A stretch of DNA of 64,000 nucleotides, taken from positions 150,536,001 to 150,600,000 of the forward strand of contig JBITNC010000001.1 in NCBI GenBank assembly GCA_050084985.1, in the 5' to 3' direction. This document shows positions 15,119-28,539 of the stretch, piece by piece; the stretch's first letter is position 1, and each line of letters opens with the position of its first letter. The notes beneath the pieces are model-generated. The model searched no databases. It was not told where the DNA came from and saw only the letters and a list, made by a program, of their open reading frames with translations. This DNA is from Nageia nagi. Taxonomy: Eukaryota; Plantae; Pinophyta. A program made the translations under genes and the position numbers.

Positions 15119-16054
15119 AAAAAATATGATAATGGAGGTACACTTCTAAATGGTTGGTAATAATTGTTTGCTGATCTGATTGGGAGTGCTGTGATAAAGG
15201 TTGTGTTCGAGTGTTCAGAACAAACAGTTATGTTTAGCACTAGCACATGATTACAAATTACAGAAACAAAAAAGAAATGATTAACAATTTACAGTAAATA
15301 AAATTATAAATATGTGCGCTCTTTGTGCAGTGTATGGTCATCAACAATCCTGTCCATAAATGAGCACTCTTAATGTCAACACCTTCTGTTGGGATATTTC
15401 ATTGAAATTGAAGATTGGGTAGTCAATCTGTCTAAGCTGTATGATTTTTTATCTAAGGCTAATAGTGGTTGGTCTGTTAGAGTAACATCAAATGCACCGG
15501 AGTATGACACCAACTTAACTGAAATGATCCTAATTTGTGTACTTATTTGATGTTATGCTATACTAAAGTGTTAATAGGTACTTATATCGAGTTTAGCTAC
15601 AAATTGTACTTCTTGCATGTTGGGACATGGGGTATCTAGATTGCCAAAGTTTTGGAATTAATGTTTTTTTTTAAATAATCAGAATAAATTCTCGGTATGT
15701 TTTTTGCATTTTTTATTTTCAGTGAGAATTTCACCTTCATGTAATATGCATCTTTCTTGAATAGCTTTGGTGATTACAATCTACATCTTCTATATGCATA
15801 ATTCTTCCAGTGAAAATAAGGTGGCCAGTTTTAGTATGAAGGTTTTTTGAAGGAGCCCTTGATTGTGTCAGTTTCATTGCCAAATTGATTGAGGGTTGTA
15901 TGGCGCTCTTAGGATCATGCTGACTTTGTTTTGTTCCAGTAAAATTTTGTTCATGATATATCTTATTTTACCGAAATAACGTATTTTTATGGCAGTAATT
16001 GGTTCTTTACATGTAGCTAAATTTGCTATTTGATGTGTTATGCTTGGTATGTAG

Positions 16055-16263
16055 GGTTGGAGGGTAAGTGGCTCTGACGTTACCTGGAGTATTTATATGG
16101 ATGCATTGGAAAGGGCAGGGGCAAGATTACTTTTAGGCCATTCTTCTGCTCATTTACTAGAGAACACTCAGCAAACTTCTCTTCCTGTTGCGGTTGTGGT
16201 TTCTAATGCAATTCCTGAGGACAATGAAGAGATAGAATTTGCAAATTCATTGGGAATACAAGT
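16055..16263 (+). CDS. MurC: MurC exon 2
   Basis: Acceptor TGTAG| at 16054; GWRVSGSD...VVVSNAIPEDNEEIEFANSLGIQV; donor GT|GTTAGT at 16264 (phase 2). Confidence 0.92.
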
Positions 16264-16841
16264 GTTAGTATTTTCTTGTTATACTCCCTTTGTAATACTG
16301 CTTCGGCAAATATATTATGAACCTAAAAAGTTGGAATTTTGATTTCTTATATCCATAGTTACAAAATTTGGGAGTATTTGGTTTATGCGGCTGAATATTT
16401 GTGGAGTCAATGAAACGGAATAAACATGGAAAAGTTTGCAAAAATCACATATTCTGAGAATATGCGTTTTTTTGCTGAATAATTACCATTTGATATATTT
16501 TATGTAATTTTTTTTGCATTTCTAATTTACCATTTTTTTGCCAAATATTCTCTGCATATCTGAATTTTAAAAGTTTGAACCCAAACGAATATTGGTTAAA
16601 TCCAAATTTCACTATGATAATTATATGTTTCAAAACTTAAAACCTATGAATAATAACAAGAGATCAAAAGGTGACAAATGATTGAAGAATTAACTCATAT
16701 GGATGAAATTATAAGCAAAACTTTGATTTCCCATTGTTTTTCTAAGAACATTGCAACCATATCATATACTTATATTATTTGGCTTCTATGTTCATTGAGC
16801 ATAGCGTCAATGCTATATAGGTAGCGCCAACATTGGTTTGG

Positions 16842-18995
16842 TGATAAATCTAGTGACATGATTTTGGGAGATTGAAGTGTTCAGTGATGGATGCATTTTG
16901 GAGGAGTTTGGGTGTGTTTTGACATGAACTAGACCTTAAAATAGTCTTCTACATGATTGGTGTGACTCGGGAAGGTCGACCCAAAGTTTGATGAGTATTT
17001 ACCTGATTGTCAACACCAATGCTGCAAGCAACGTCAACGTTGGGACGACAGGGCATGTTTGGGGTAAGTTGAACCGTTTCTTAGCTGTTTTGGAGTCGTT
17101 TGGAATCCATTGGAAACTGAAGGGGCGATGGTTTCAGTTTATATACTACCTTGAGCACTTCATAGAAGGTTGTTGATAGATTGTAGAGGGATTGATAGGA
17201 TTTGAGAGTGGTTGTAAGGGTTTATGAATCTATGACTGATCATTCTTGAAGCCATTAAAATTGCAGACTTGATAGATTTGTTTGAGGAGGCTAAGAAGGT
17301 TGGAGTTGATTATGTTGAAGGCAATAATAATTCTGCCTTGTCTTTGTAATCTCTTTGCATTCAATTATTTGATAAATTGGGGTTGCTTGAAGTGGATGTA
17401 CTCTCACATTGAGGGGAACTATTATAAATACTTGTGTCATCTTGTATTTGTGTTTGCAAATCTTTTTTACTGTTGTTTTATTTCCTTTATATAGTAATAT
17501 ACAATATATATGCATCAATGGATGATATACAAAACTCATAACAATAAGAAATTTGTATTTGAGGATCCTAGTAGGCCATAGGCTTTAGGTGATTACAAAT
17601 CACGTGTTATCAGAGCTGAGATGGATTTTGTTTTGGAGACTTGTATAAGTGGGGTGGAAGATCTCAAAATCCTAAGTTAGTTTCATTTAATCCTAAGATT
17701 GTGAGAAGAGGAAATTCTTCCATGGAAGGTGGAGAAGAATAGTCCAACAGAGTTGGAGATGGTATATCCATGCCACTATCATAATTTGAAAGAAGATTCT
17801 TACTCATGGAGCGTAATCTCAATAGACTTGTGGAGATGATGTTAAAGGATAGGCAGTCTGGAAATAAGTAGAATAAGCAACAACAACTTGAGAATAGGGA
17901 AAGAGGTCCAAATGATGCATGCCCTTCTTCTGCATCAATTCCTTTCAAGGTGGAGGCAAAGGTGGAAATCCCTCCTTTTGGAGACGTGAATGCTTAGAAT
18001 TAGATAATTGGCTGCAGTAATTAGAAGTCTATTTCCAAGTACAAGGTGTGCCTAGTGATGAGCAAAAGATTTCCTTTGCAAGACTGAAGATGGGTGATCA
18101 TGCTCTAGTTTGGTGGGAAAGTCGTGTGGAATCCTTTAGACATGAGAACCTACCACCTATGTCTTCATGGGGAGAGTTCAAGAAGATATTTAAGGAGCAA
18201 TTCTATCCATTGATTCACCATAATAAGCAACTAATGGAATGGCAATACTTTAGACAACAAAGGGGCCAATCTGTCCAAGACTATACAACAAAGTTTAGGA
18301 AACAAGCTACCTTGCTTGAGATCTCTCTTAGAGATCCACAAGTGCTGATGAAATATATTGGAGGATTGCATAGCCATTTGAGAAGAACCATAATGTTGTT
18401 CAATCCGTCAAATCTTGACCAAGTGAGTGTGTAGGTTCAATATTTGGAAGAAAATGGGAAAGGTAGTAAGGGGATAACTCCAACAAAAATCAGAATCATA
18501 AGGGTCATCAAGATAAGGGAAATCTCAAGATGAAGGCAAGAGAAAGCAATAGGACAGGAAGACCACTAACACCACCAAGAAAGATGATGAAAGAAAGAAA
18601 AAAAGAAAGAAAATATATTAATGTCCATGGGTGACCAAAAGCGGTCAATGGGACTGGAAGGTGACCAAAAGTGGTCAATGAGAAGAAATATTATTCACAT
18701 TGTGACAAAGATGGGCACATTGATGCAAAATGTGGAAGCTTCACCTAGAATTGTATCCTTCCAAGCGGAAGAATCAAGAAAAGATGAATGCAATGATCAC
18801 CAAGAGTGAAGATGTTGATGATAGCTCTAAGTGGATGATGAAATTACTTGTGCAACCATATAGGAGGTTGAAAACAAACTTGTGGAGCATGATGTGGAGG
18901 AGAGGACACAATTGTTTCATCTCAAAATCCAATCTAGGAAGACCACATTGCTAAAAGCTTGGTGAATGAGCTAGGATTGGAGACTTACAACCATT
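16842..18995 (+). mobile_element. 5' fragment of a CRM-like Ty3/gypsy retrotransposon (LTR about 16842-17602, PBS, gag), cut off at 18996
   Basis: TGAT...ATCA LTR-like ends; PBS TGTTATCAGAGC (tRNA-iMet type) at 17605-17616; gag follows. The LTR left boundary is tentative. Confidence 0.7.
17930..18995 (+). pseudogene. gag: Degenerate gag (with zinc-knuckle relic) and start of protease
   Basis: IPFKVEAKVEIPPF...LEVYF...EQKISFARLKMGDHALVWWES...QRGQSVQDYTTKFRK...KYIGGL; knuckle relic HCDKDGH...WKLH; stops and frameshifts. Confidence 0.85.
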
Positions 18996-20839
18996 TGTTG
19001 TGACCGCATAGCACACCCTAAAATATAAGATTTTGGGGACCTTATTTTTGCAAAGGCAATGAGGTGCATTGCCTTGAGATTGGCTTTGGTGACGGATAGG
19101 TCATTCTGAATAGTGCAAACATGATATTAAGGACCAATTCATGGAGATCACACGACAAAGACCTTGAAGAGTATCTGAGTATCCAATCACTAGTTTTGCA
19201 GCCAAGGAGCCAAGATCTGAGAGAAATCATCAGAGTACAAATTTTTGGGTCTAGAATGAGGCCAACGGAGATGGGGTCATTTTTCAAAGTTTGCCAAAGT
19301 TGGAATCAGAGAGTATAGGCTAGAAGAGGACCCTATTTTAGACAAGTTTAGGCTTGGAATTTTCGGAATTCGATTAAGTTTGCTCCTTGGAGAGTTAGGT
19401 GCCAATTTGCAGGCTAAAAAAGCTTATTTAGTATGCAAAATGCATTGTGCTAAAAAATGGTTTCAAGGTTGGATATGAGTACCCATTTCCATTATATTGA
19501 GGATAGTGTATGTTGAAATTGACCAAAAATGAGCAATTTACCCTTAATCGACTACATCAATCAGCTCAAATTTTTACTTGTGCAAATTAAAAATCTAGCA
19601 TATGGATATTTGAGAAGGCCAAAAGCCAAGCATCTTTTGGCTTGGAATTTTTAAAATTGACCAAATCTTACACCATTTGGAGGAAGGTGCAGGTTTGCCC
19701 CTCTTTGATAATTCAAAGCACCCAAAATTAAAGTTTTATGTAAAAATCGCTTTTTGGGTGCAAAATATAAAAAGTTAATTTGGTCAAAAAAGGTGTCTAA
19801 GGGTAGGCAAGTAATTTGCTTTTTCTCAAAATGAAGTAAAAGTAAAAAAAGAAGCAAGGGAAACGACACTTTTCTTCATAAAGCATTTTTTGAAGCAAAT
19901 ATAAAAAGTCAATTTGGTCAATAAAGGTGGGCTGGTGCAAAAGACAAAAATATCCTCCAAAAAGGTGATTTGACATGAAGGAGACTTCAAAAAGTGAATT
20001 GGTGGCTAGTAGAGCAAAAACCAACGGCCAAGTGAGAGAATACCTTTTCATAAAGTAAAATTAGCACTCCATAGAGAAAAAGGTAAATATTTTGAGGCAT
20101 CCAAAGGGGTGATTTCTAGCGCCTAGAACATGGAGAAAAAGGTAAATATTTTGAGGCATCCAAAGGGGTGATTTCTAGTGCCTAGAACATGGAGAAAAAG
20201 GTAAAATATTTTGAGGCATCGAAAGAGGTGATTTCTAGCGCCTAGAACAAGGAGATAAGATGGTATAGTGGCAAAAATGAAGTTTGACTTCATAGGTGCA
20301 TGGAAGACTGCATTGTAAGCATTATTAAACTTTGAATTTTTGCATTTTGAGCAAGTTTAATGCCCCAAAAAGTTAGGCAGGGTTTTCCATGCCTTTGAGG
20401 CATCCAAAGGAGTGAAAAATGGTGCCTAAGGAAGAAAATCCAAATTTTTGGCAAAAAATAAAATTTTTGCAAGGATATGTAGAATGGTTACGTGCATCCA
20501 TCTCTCTTGGATTTTTTGAAAAAAAATGAAAAATGAGCAAGATATGATCAGTTGAACATTTTGGAGGAAAGGGGTTTTGAAAAAGCTTGGTGTGAATATA
20601 GTTTTTTCGGCAACAAGCTCAAACTCAAAATAAAAAACATGGGTATTTTGAGGAACACCATGACAAGCATCTTTAACCTTGGAGGATTTGCCAAAAGATC
20701 AAGCACACACAATTGCAAGAGAGTCTTCATCTTTCTACACCAAAAATACAAGAAAACGGGCTCAAAATCACCGTAATTGCTCTCAAATCCGCACAGACGG
20801 CTCGATTTTCAATGTATATAGCTTACATCATTGATGGGA
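18996..20839 (+). mobile_element. Truncated start of a long-LTR-type element
   Basis: Begins abruptly inside the CRM protease with TGTTGTGACCGCATAGCACACCCTAAAAT, similar to the start of the 28358 unit; non-coding; no matching right end found. Confidence 0.55.
20070..20256. repeat. Tandem repeat, about 3 x 59 bp
   Basis: GGAGAAAAAGGTAAATATTTTGAGGCATCCAAAGGGGTGATTTCTAGCGCCTAGAACAT repeated nearly perfectly. Confidence 0.92.
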
Positions 20840-21997
20840 TGTAAAGATCCAAATACAATCTCAAGTGCAAATTAGCAAATTCAATTAAACAAACCCTAAC
20901 ATCTAGCCTAGGGCATTCGAATCAAACCCCAACAATGCAAATATACCAACGTCTGGCTACTAGCAGATATCAACCAACACAAGCTCACAATGCCAACGTC
21001 TAGCTACAACATGCATAAATGGACAATAATACCACAATGTTGCAATAGTAAAGAATACACAAGATAAATATTGAGATCCAAATGCCCAATGGCTATATGT
21101 ATGATATAGGATGAACAACAATACAATACCAAGCTCCCAGAGTTGGACATTGGCCTCCAAGGAGCCAACTAGGGCACAATGAATATCCTCAAGCTGGACG
21201 GACGAGGGATGGGAAAGTCTTGCTCCCTCAAAACATGAATCCTCTCCATCGAAGGAGCCCTCCTTTGAACCTGGTGACCAACTGAATGGTAGAAGCGCAA
21301 CCTCGGAATACCATCGGATGGGCAAGGGTGCTACACCAATGCCTTAGACTAACAAGATCCCTCAGCCTATCAATCGTCATAGATGCTGCACTTAGGGTTT
21401 GCTTAGCACCGCTAAATCTTCTTGTCCTTTGGACGGTATGAGTGTAATAATAATCAAGCATATCTAGCTATGAGGCTCCAATGTCCTTTTATAACACTTG
21501 GTTGGATCTGGATCTCACCTAGGAATCATCCCTAGCTCCTCTAATCCAACTTTAGCCTCTTGGAGGGCCCAAAGTGCCAACATGGGGGCCTGGAGTGCCA
21601 TAAATGTCAACATGGGGGTCTGGAGTGCCATAAATGTCAACGTGGGGGTTTGGAGTGTCACACATTGCTAATGTGGGTCTAGGAGTCATGCGCGGGGGTT
21701 GGGTGTCATAATGGGGCAACATGGGGGTCTAGGAGTCATGCATGGGGGCTGGGTGTCATCATGGGCCAATGTGGGGGTCTAGGAGCCTCCCCAAGGCTAC
21801 CGCATGTATACAAGTGCTCATCCATCCATCTAAGTGCTAAACAAATCTTGGGATTCCCACAATCATGATCGGGATCTCCAAGTACAATTAAACACCTAAT
21901 CTATGCTTGGGAGGGGACGTTCCACTTGGGGCTCACAGTGGGGTCCATTAACCCATTAAGTCTTCTATCCCAAGTCCTAACTTAAAACATAACATAA
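20840..21997 (-). mobile_element. LTR copy A1 (lacks the last ~70-80 bp; abutted by LTR A2)
   Basis: Starts TGTAAAGATCCAAATACAATCTCAAGTGC; collinear with LTRs A2-A4. Confidence 0.85.
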
Positions 21998-23749
21998 TGT
22001 AATGATCCAAATACAATCTTAAGTGCAAATTAGCTAATTCAATCAAAGAAACCCTAACGTCTGGTCTAGGGCATCCAAAAATTGCATAAACAACACCACA
22101 ATGTCAATGGCTACCCCAAACTAGCAGATAGCAATAAACAACAATGGAAAATGCCAACATATGGCTCATACGATTGCATACATGCAAAGATAACTCAACT
22201 TTGCAAACATAAGCAAGTACACAATGTGTAATGGAGATTGAATGGCCCAATGGCTGTATAATGATATGAGATGAATAACAATACAATACCAAGCTCCTAG
22301 AGCTGGATGTTGGCCTCCAAGGAGCCAACTAGGGCACAACAATGTTCTCAAGTTGGACGGATAGATGGGATAGTCTTGCTCCTTTAGAACTCAAATCCTC
22401 TCCACCAAAGGAGCCCTCCTCTGATCTTGGAAACCACTGAAGGTAGAAGCGCAACCTTAGAATACCATTAAATGGGCAAGGGGTAGACTAACAGGATCCC
22501 TTAGCTTGATAGCCCTCCTAGATGTTGCACCTAGGGGTTTGCTTAGTGCCACTAAATCTTTTTGTCCTTTGGATGGTAGTAGTGTAATAATAATCAAGCA
22601 TATCCAGCTATGAGGCTCCAATGTCCTTTTATAACACTTGGTTGGATCTAGATCTCACCTAGGAATCATCCCTAGCTCCTCTAATCCAACATTAGCCTCC
22701 TGGAGGGCCCAAAATGCCCAATGTGGGTGCGTAGGGGTCAAGCATGCCAACATGGGGGGCTTGGAGTGCCATAAATGCCAACGTGGGAGTATGGAGTGCC
22801 ACGCATGCCTAACGTGGGTCTAGGAGCCATGCATTGGGGCTGGGTGTCATCATGGGCCAACGTGCGGGCTAGGTGTCCCCCAAGGCTGGCGTATGTACAT
22901 AAGTGCTCCTCCAATCTCCTAAGTGCTAAATATACCTTGGGATTCCCACAATCATGATCAGGATCTCCAAGTATAATAAAATGCCTAACGTATGCTTGGG
23001 AGGGAGATGTCCCACTTGGGGCTCACAGTGGGGTCCATTGACCCATTAAGTCTTCTATCCCAAGCCACAACTAAAAAGTACAATGCAATATTAAAATATA
23101 TTACAAAAGGGGAATCCGTTGGATTCGATAATTATTTGTAATAATACAAGGGGGACGTCACAAAGCCTCCCCTCTCGAACTGCTTAACCTCAAGCAATGT
23201 TGGAAGACTGCAGCATATTGACTTCCAAGAATCCTTCAATCCTATGAGCTGTAATTTGCCATGGTGGAATGCAACTTCAATATCTTCTTTCCATGATGGC
23301 AATCTGGCATGGAACGCTAACTTTGTATTTCCATGCATCAATAATGCATGCAAAAACTCTGATTTGTTGTAACTGTCATTCCTCTTTAGCTGTATAATGG
23401 CCGTCCGTTCTCAGAAAGCAGAGGAGTGTAGTGAAGCCTCCAGAAAGATGTGCCTACAAGAACCTCAAGTAAACCATGAGTAAGTGAAAACAGATGGAGC
23501 CTTTGTTCCGTGTATGAGGCCAGGTCACTTCAAAGCTCATCGTGGAGTTCCAAACTCCCTCATCGGCCAATGTGAAGCAAGAAGCCTCCCCATCCTCCAA
23601 CGTGGGGTACCAAGCTATCTTTAGGCAGAATGTCCCACTTCCTATCTCCCCAGTGCTCCATGTAGGGAATAGAAGCTCCTTCATGCCCAAGGTTGAGTGA
23701 CCAACCTTCCTGGAATTCAATACTGGATGACAAGCTTCCCTGAAAACCA

Positions 23750-23970
23750 ACGTGGAAGGTAGAAGCTCCTCAAGGCTTCATGTGAGACATCCAAACTCCC
23801 CAATGTCCATTGTGGGGTGTCCCGCCTCTCCAAGGCCCATCGTGAGGTATCCAACCTCTCCAAGGCCCAATGTGAGGTGTCTAGCTCCTCCAAGGCCCAA
23901 TGTGGGGTGTCTAGCCTCCTCAAGGCTCAACGTGAGATATCCAACCTCTCTAAGGCCTAACGTGGCGAAC
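23750..23970. repeat. Degenerate ~30-bp tandem repeats (10-codon units) in the internal region
   Basis: CCAACCTCTCCAAGGCCCAATGTGAGGT-like units that translate on the minus strand as LGLGEVGYLT / LGLGGARHLT; a related block lies at about 27760-28320. Confidence 0.8.
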
Positions 23971-24169
23971 CAGTAGTTGCTCATGCTTCTTGTCTCATAA
24001 CCAAGCTCCTTGATGTGCAATGTGGGATGTAAGGGTTCCTTGTTGCTCCTCTCCTCATGCCACGACCTCTTCATGCCCAATGTGGTCCCTTTCTCAATTT
24101 CCTCCTTCTGGCACCACTCGATCACCTCCATCTGCTTGTTATCCACCTGTGGACAATCATCCTGGATTC

Positions 24170-26139
24170 CTTGCAGTGTATGGGTCTTCCCATCAATCTC
24201 AAAACTCATGGTGAGTTTCTAGTAGTTGGTATGGATATCACCCAACTCGAATAGCCATAGCATTCCCAATATGATGTGAGAATGCCCCTTCAAGGGGTAA
24301 ACATAGAAATTCTCCCTCACAATATAGCTCTGTAGCCTCAATCCAAATCTCTCCACTATGTGGTCCACAAGTGTGAATTTCCCATTGGCATTGGAAACTT
24401 TGAACCCTTCAAACCCCTTGGTTTTTAGGTTCTTCTTTTCCACAAAACCCTCATCAATGAAGTTGTGTAATGCTTTGGGATCAATCAGGACCATCACATC
24501 TTATCCACCAGCTTGCCCTACCACCTTCAATGTGAGGTACTTCTTCACCCCATGTAGTGAAGTGATCATGCTCCCTAACGTGCCCTCTGCTTTCGGTGCT
24601 TCTTGATGTAATGTATCCATGCCAAGATCCAGGTCTGAATCATCTTACTCCTCCTTTAAAAACACTTATATGTAGTGCACCTGTCCCTTGCCTTGGCAAC
24701 GGTGCACGGTCTCCCAAGTCTTCTTGTAGTATAAGCACTTGCCTTCCTTCCTCAACTTGCTCCATGTGGCTGCGTCCAGCTAGGTCGTTTGAGGTGGGGG
24801 AAGGGTTTGGCCTTGCTAGGCCCCTCCTTGTCTACATAGGTCTTTCACATGGCTTGTCCTTTGAATGTCTGCCCTCCCTTGAGGGATTTCACTATTGGCT
24901 CAGGATCATACGCAACTCGAATAACATCATCAATGTTTCTAGGTGAGGACACCTTGACCATTCCTTGCAATGGCTCCATCAAGCCCTCAATGAAGACGAA
25001 TGTCAACCGTTCCTTCGGAATCTCGTGGATCATGACTACGATTGTCTGAAACTTCAATACATACTCATCCACCGCTCCTTGCTGCGTTAATGATGCAAAT
25101 CTAGAAAATAGTCATTCTCCTTCCGATCAAACCTCTTAAACCAACCATCTAGCAAATTCATCAAAAGAGGTGATGAGCGAGTAATCCTGGCTGATTACTC
25201 CATTCTGCCACTATTTGAGGGCATCACCCCCAAAGTGTAATGATGCAAAATGGATCGTATCTTCCTCCACCATGTTTGGGCTCAAAGTGATTTAAGTTTG
25301 TAGCTAATGCAACCATGCTCTAGCAGTCATTTGCTTTCCATCGTACATTTGCACCTGCATTTTATTTATTTTTTGTTGTAGATCTCTCTTGTCTCCCCAC
25401 GAGTTGCTTGTGGTATGCGGACTGTGTGTGCTACTCCCTTTCAACCCTAAGATCTCCAGGTAGCCATTGAAGTTGACATCTCTCTTCAACCCGAGATCCA
25501 ACATGGAATACTCCTTGACAATTTGATTCAGCTCTAGTGGATCAGGAACCCTGTTCTTCATCTCCTCCCTTGATTTCTTGGCGAACATGGGCTTGGACGG
25601 CTTGGGATGATGGGTTGCTCCACCATCTTGCCAATGTCCTCCTCTAGATAACTCCCTAGGAGAGGGTTAGTACCCTGTGGCATTCGGTGTGAGTGGGATA
25701 TTAGGAATGTGGGATTTGGATGACCCATGGATCCATGGTGAGTGGATTCCCGATCTCTCAAACTATGGAACCTCTTGATACTCGGCTCCTTGCCTGCCCT
25801 ATCCTCCTTGTGCAGCTCTTCTCTGTCATCTGGGATAGGACATGGGGGACTAATTTGCCTCTTTGGCTCCTCACGAACTCCCACATGCCTGTTCAACTAC
25901 CGCTACACGTTATTGATGGCCGAAATGAGCTCATTGAACTTTTGTTCAGGTGTGGAATCTCGAACCAGAGTAGAGCTTCTCATCTTGGCCGATGCAAATC
26001 TCTCTCTTAGTGCATCCTCCTCTCCTCCGAATGCATCTTCATTCGATGCTTCATTCATCCATGGCCGACGTTCTTCCTCCTGGACAGCCCTAGGTGTATC
26101 CTCTGCCTACGACCTTCTACTCTTTGTGGTAGATGCCAT
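24170..26139 (-). pseudogene. gag: Degenerate gag-aspartic protease
   Basis: KMQVQMYDGKQMTARAWLH; DEYVLKFQTIVVMIHEIPKERLTFVFIEGLMEPLQGMVK; protease LIDPKALHNFID...HIILGMLWL. Confidence 0.85.
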
Positions 26140-28539
26140 CTCCTTCCAAATAGTGGATTTGGTGTAATAACAGTGAACTACAATGATCTAGATCCAAGCT
26201 CTGATACCATTGTAATGCTCCAAATACAATCTCAAGTGCAAATTAGCTAATTCAATCAAACAAACCCTAATGTCTGGTCTAGGGAATCCAGAAATTGCAT
26301 AAACAACACGACAATGTCAATGTTTGGCCCAAACTGGTAGATAGCAATAAACAATGGAAAATGCCAACGTATGGCTTATACAATCGCATACATGCAAAGA
26401 TAACGTTGCAAACATGAGCAAGTACACAATGTGAAATGGAGATCAAATGGCCCAATGGTTTTATAATGATATGAGATGAATAACAATACAATACCAAGCT
26501 CCCAGAGATGGATGTTGGCCTCCAAGGAGCCAACTAGGGCACAACGTATATCCTCAATGCCGGACAAACGGATGGAACAATGGGACAATCTTGCTCCCTC
26601 AAAACCTGAATCCTCTCCATCGAAGGAGCCCTCCTTTGATCCTGGTGACCAACTGAATGGTAGAAGTGCAACCTCAGAATAGCACTGGATGGGCAAGGGT
26701 GCTACACCTATGTCTTAGACTAACAAGATCCCTCAGCCTGTTAATCCTCATAGATGCTGCACCTAGGGGTATGCTTAGCGCCGCTAAATCTTCTTGTCCT
26801 CTGGACGGTATGAGTGTAATAATAATCAAGCATATCCAGCTATGAGGCTCCAATGTCCTTTTATAACACTTAGTTGGATCTGGATCTCACCTAGGAATCA
26901 TCCCCAGCTCCTCTAATCCAACATTAGCCTCTTGGAGGGCCCAAAGTGCCCAAGGTGGGTGCCTAGGGGTCAAGCATGCCAACGTGGGGGGCCTAAAGTC
27001 CCATAAATGTCAATGTGGGGGTATGTAGTTCCACGCATGCCTAACGTGTGTCTAGGAGCCATGCATTGGGGTTGGGTGTCATCATGGGCCAACGTGGGGG
27101 TCTAGGAGTCTCCCCAAGGCTGGTGCATATACATAAATGCTCATTCAATCTCCTAAGTGCTAAACAGACCTTGGGATTCCCACAATCATGATCGGGATCT
27201 CCAAGTACAATAAAACTCCCATTCTATGCTTGGGAGGGAGACGCCCCACTTGGGGGCTCATAGTGGGGTCCATTGACCCATTAAATCTTCTATCCAAAGC
27301 CATAACTAAAAGTACAATGCAATAATAAAATATATTACAAAGGGGAATCCGTTGGATTCGATAATTATTTGTAATAATACATGGGGGATGTCACAAAGCC
27401 TCCCCTCTCGAATTGCTTGCCCTCAAGCAATGGTGGAAGACTTTAGCATATTGTCTTCCAAGAATCCTTCAAACTGGTAGACTACAACCTGCCATGGTGG
27501 TATGCATCTTCAATATCTTCTCTCCAATGTGAAGGTCTTGCACAAACTGCTGAATCTGCATCCTCATGTATTAATAATGTAGGCAAGATCTCTGAAATAT
27601 TGCAACTATCACTCCTCATCAGTGGCTTCATGGCTGTCCTCAGAAAACATGGGAGTGTATGAAAGTCTTTAGGAGAAAGTACCTGCAAAAACCTCAAGTA
27701 AATCATAGGTGAGTGTAAACTAGTGGAGCCTTTGCTACATGCATGAGGCCAAGTCCTCTCCAAGTTCCAAGCCCATCATGGAGTCCAAAACTTCGCCAAT
27801 TGCCAGTATGAAGCCAAAAACTCATCCATCCTCCAATGTGGAGTGCCCAATTGCTTTTCAACCCAACATGAAGTACATGGACTTTCCCAGGTCCAACGTG
27901 GGGAACCAACATTCCCTCAACCCAATCGTTGGGTACCCAAGTTCCTCTAAACCAAACGTGGGATATCCCATCTCTTTGATGCTCTCTATCATGCATAAGA
28001 GTCCCTCAACCTCCCACATGAGGTGTAGAAGTCTCCCTTACTCCAACGTGGGATGCAAGAAATCCAAGCCCAATGTCCCTCTCCAAGCTTCCTCAATGCT
28101 CCATGTGAGGGGTAGAGGTTCCCTCCACTCCAACATTGGGTAGTAAACCTCTCTAAGGCTCAACATGAAGTAACAAGCCTTCTTTAGGCCAAACTTGAGG
28201 TGCAGGAGGCCCTCCAAATTCATTGTGCAATACCTGACCTCCCTAGGCTTCAACTTGGTGAACAAGAGGTCCCTCAAACTGCATGTACCATGCCCAAGCT
28301 CCCTAATGTGCAACGTAGGGTATAAAGGCTCCTTGTTGCTCTTCTCCTCATGCCATGTGTTGTGCTTGCACAACACCCCCCAAAATTTTTGTATTTTAGG
28401 ACCCTCACAAGATAGAACATAAGGCATGGAAGAAACCTTTTTCATGGAAATGCATGCATCTTAGTCTAGCAAGAAGAAACATGGCAAAATCTGCACTTTC
28501 ATGATGAAAACCAATCGAAAAACCTCATCCTACCTTAGT

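Larger units (their letters stand above)
21998..27395 (-). mobile_element. Non-autonomous gypsy element (TR-GAG-like): LTR A2 21998-23162, LTR A3 26211-27395, gag plus protease only
   Basis: Two ~1.17-kb TG...CA direct repeats; PBS (rc TGGTATCAGAGC) at 26198-26209; PPT (rc GAGAGGGGAGGCTT) at 23163-23176; no RT, RNase H or integrase. Confidence 0.88.

Noticed and set aside
16264-16342. ORF-track extension LVFSCYTPF... of exon 2
   Set aside because: Intronic; MurC similarity resumes only at 43640 with matching phase
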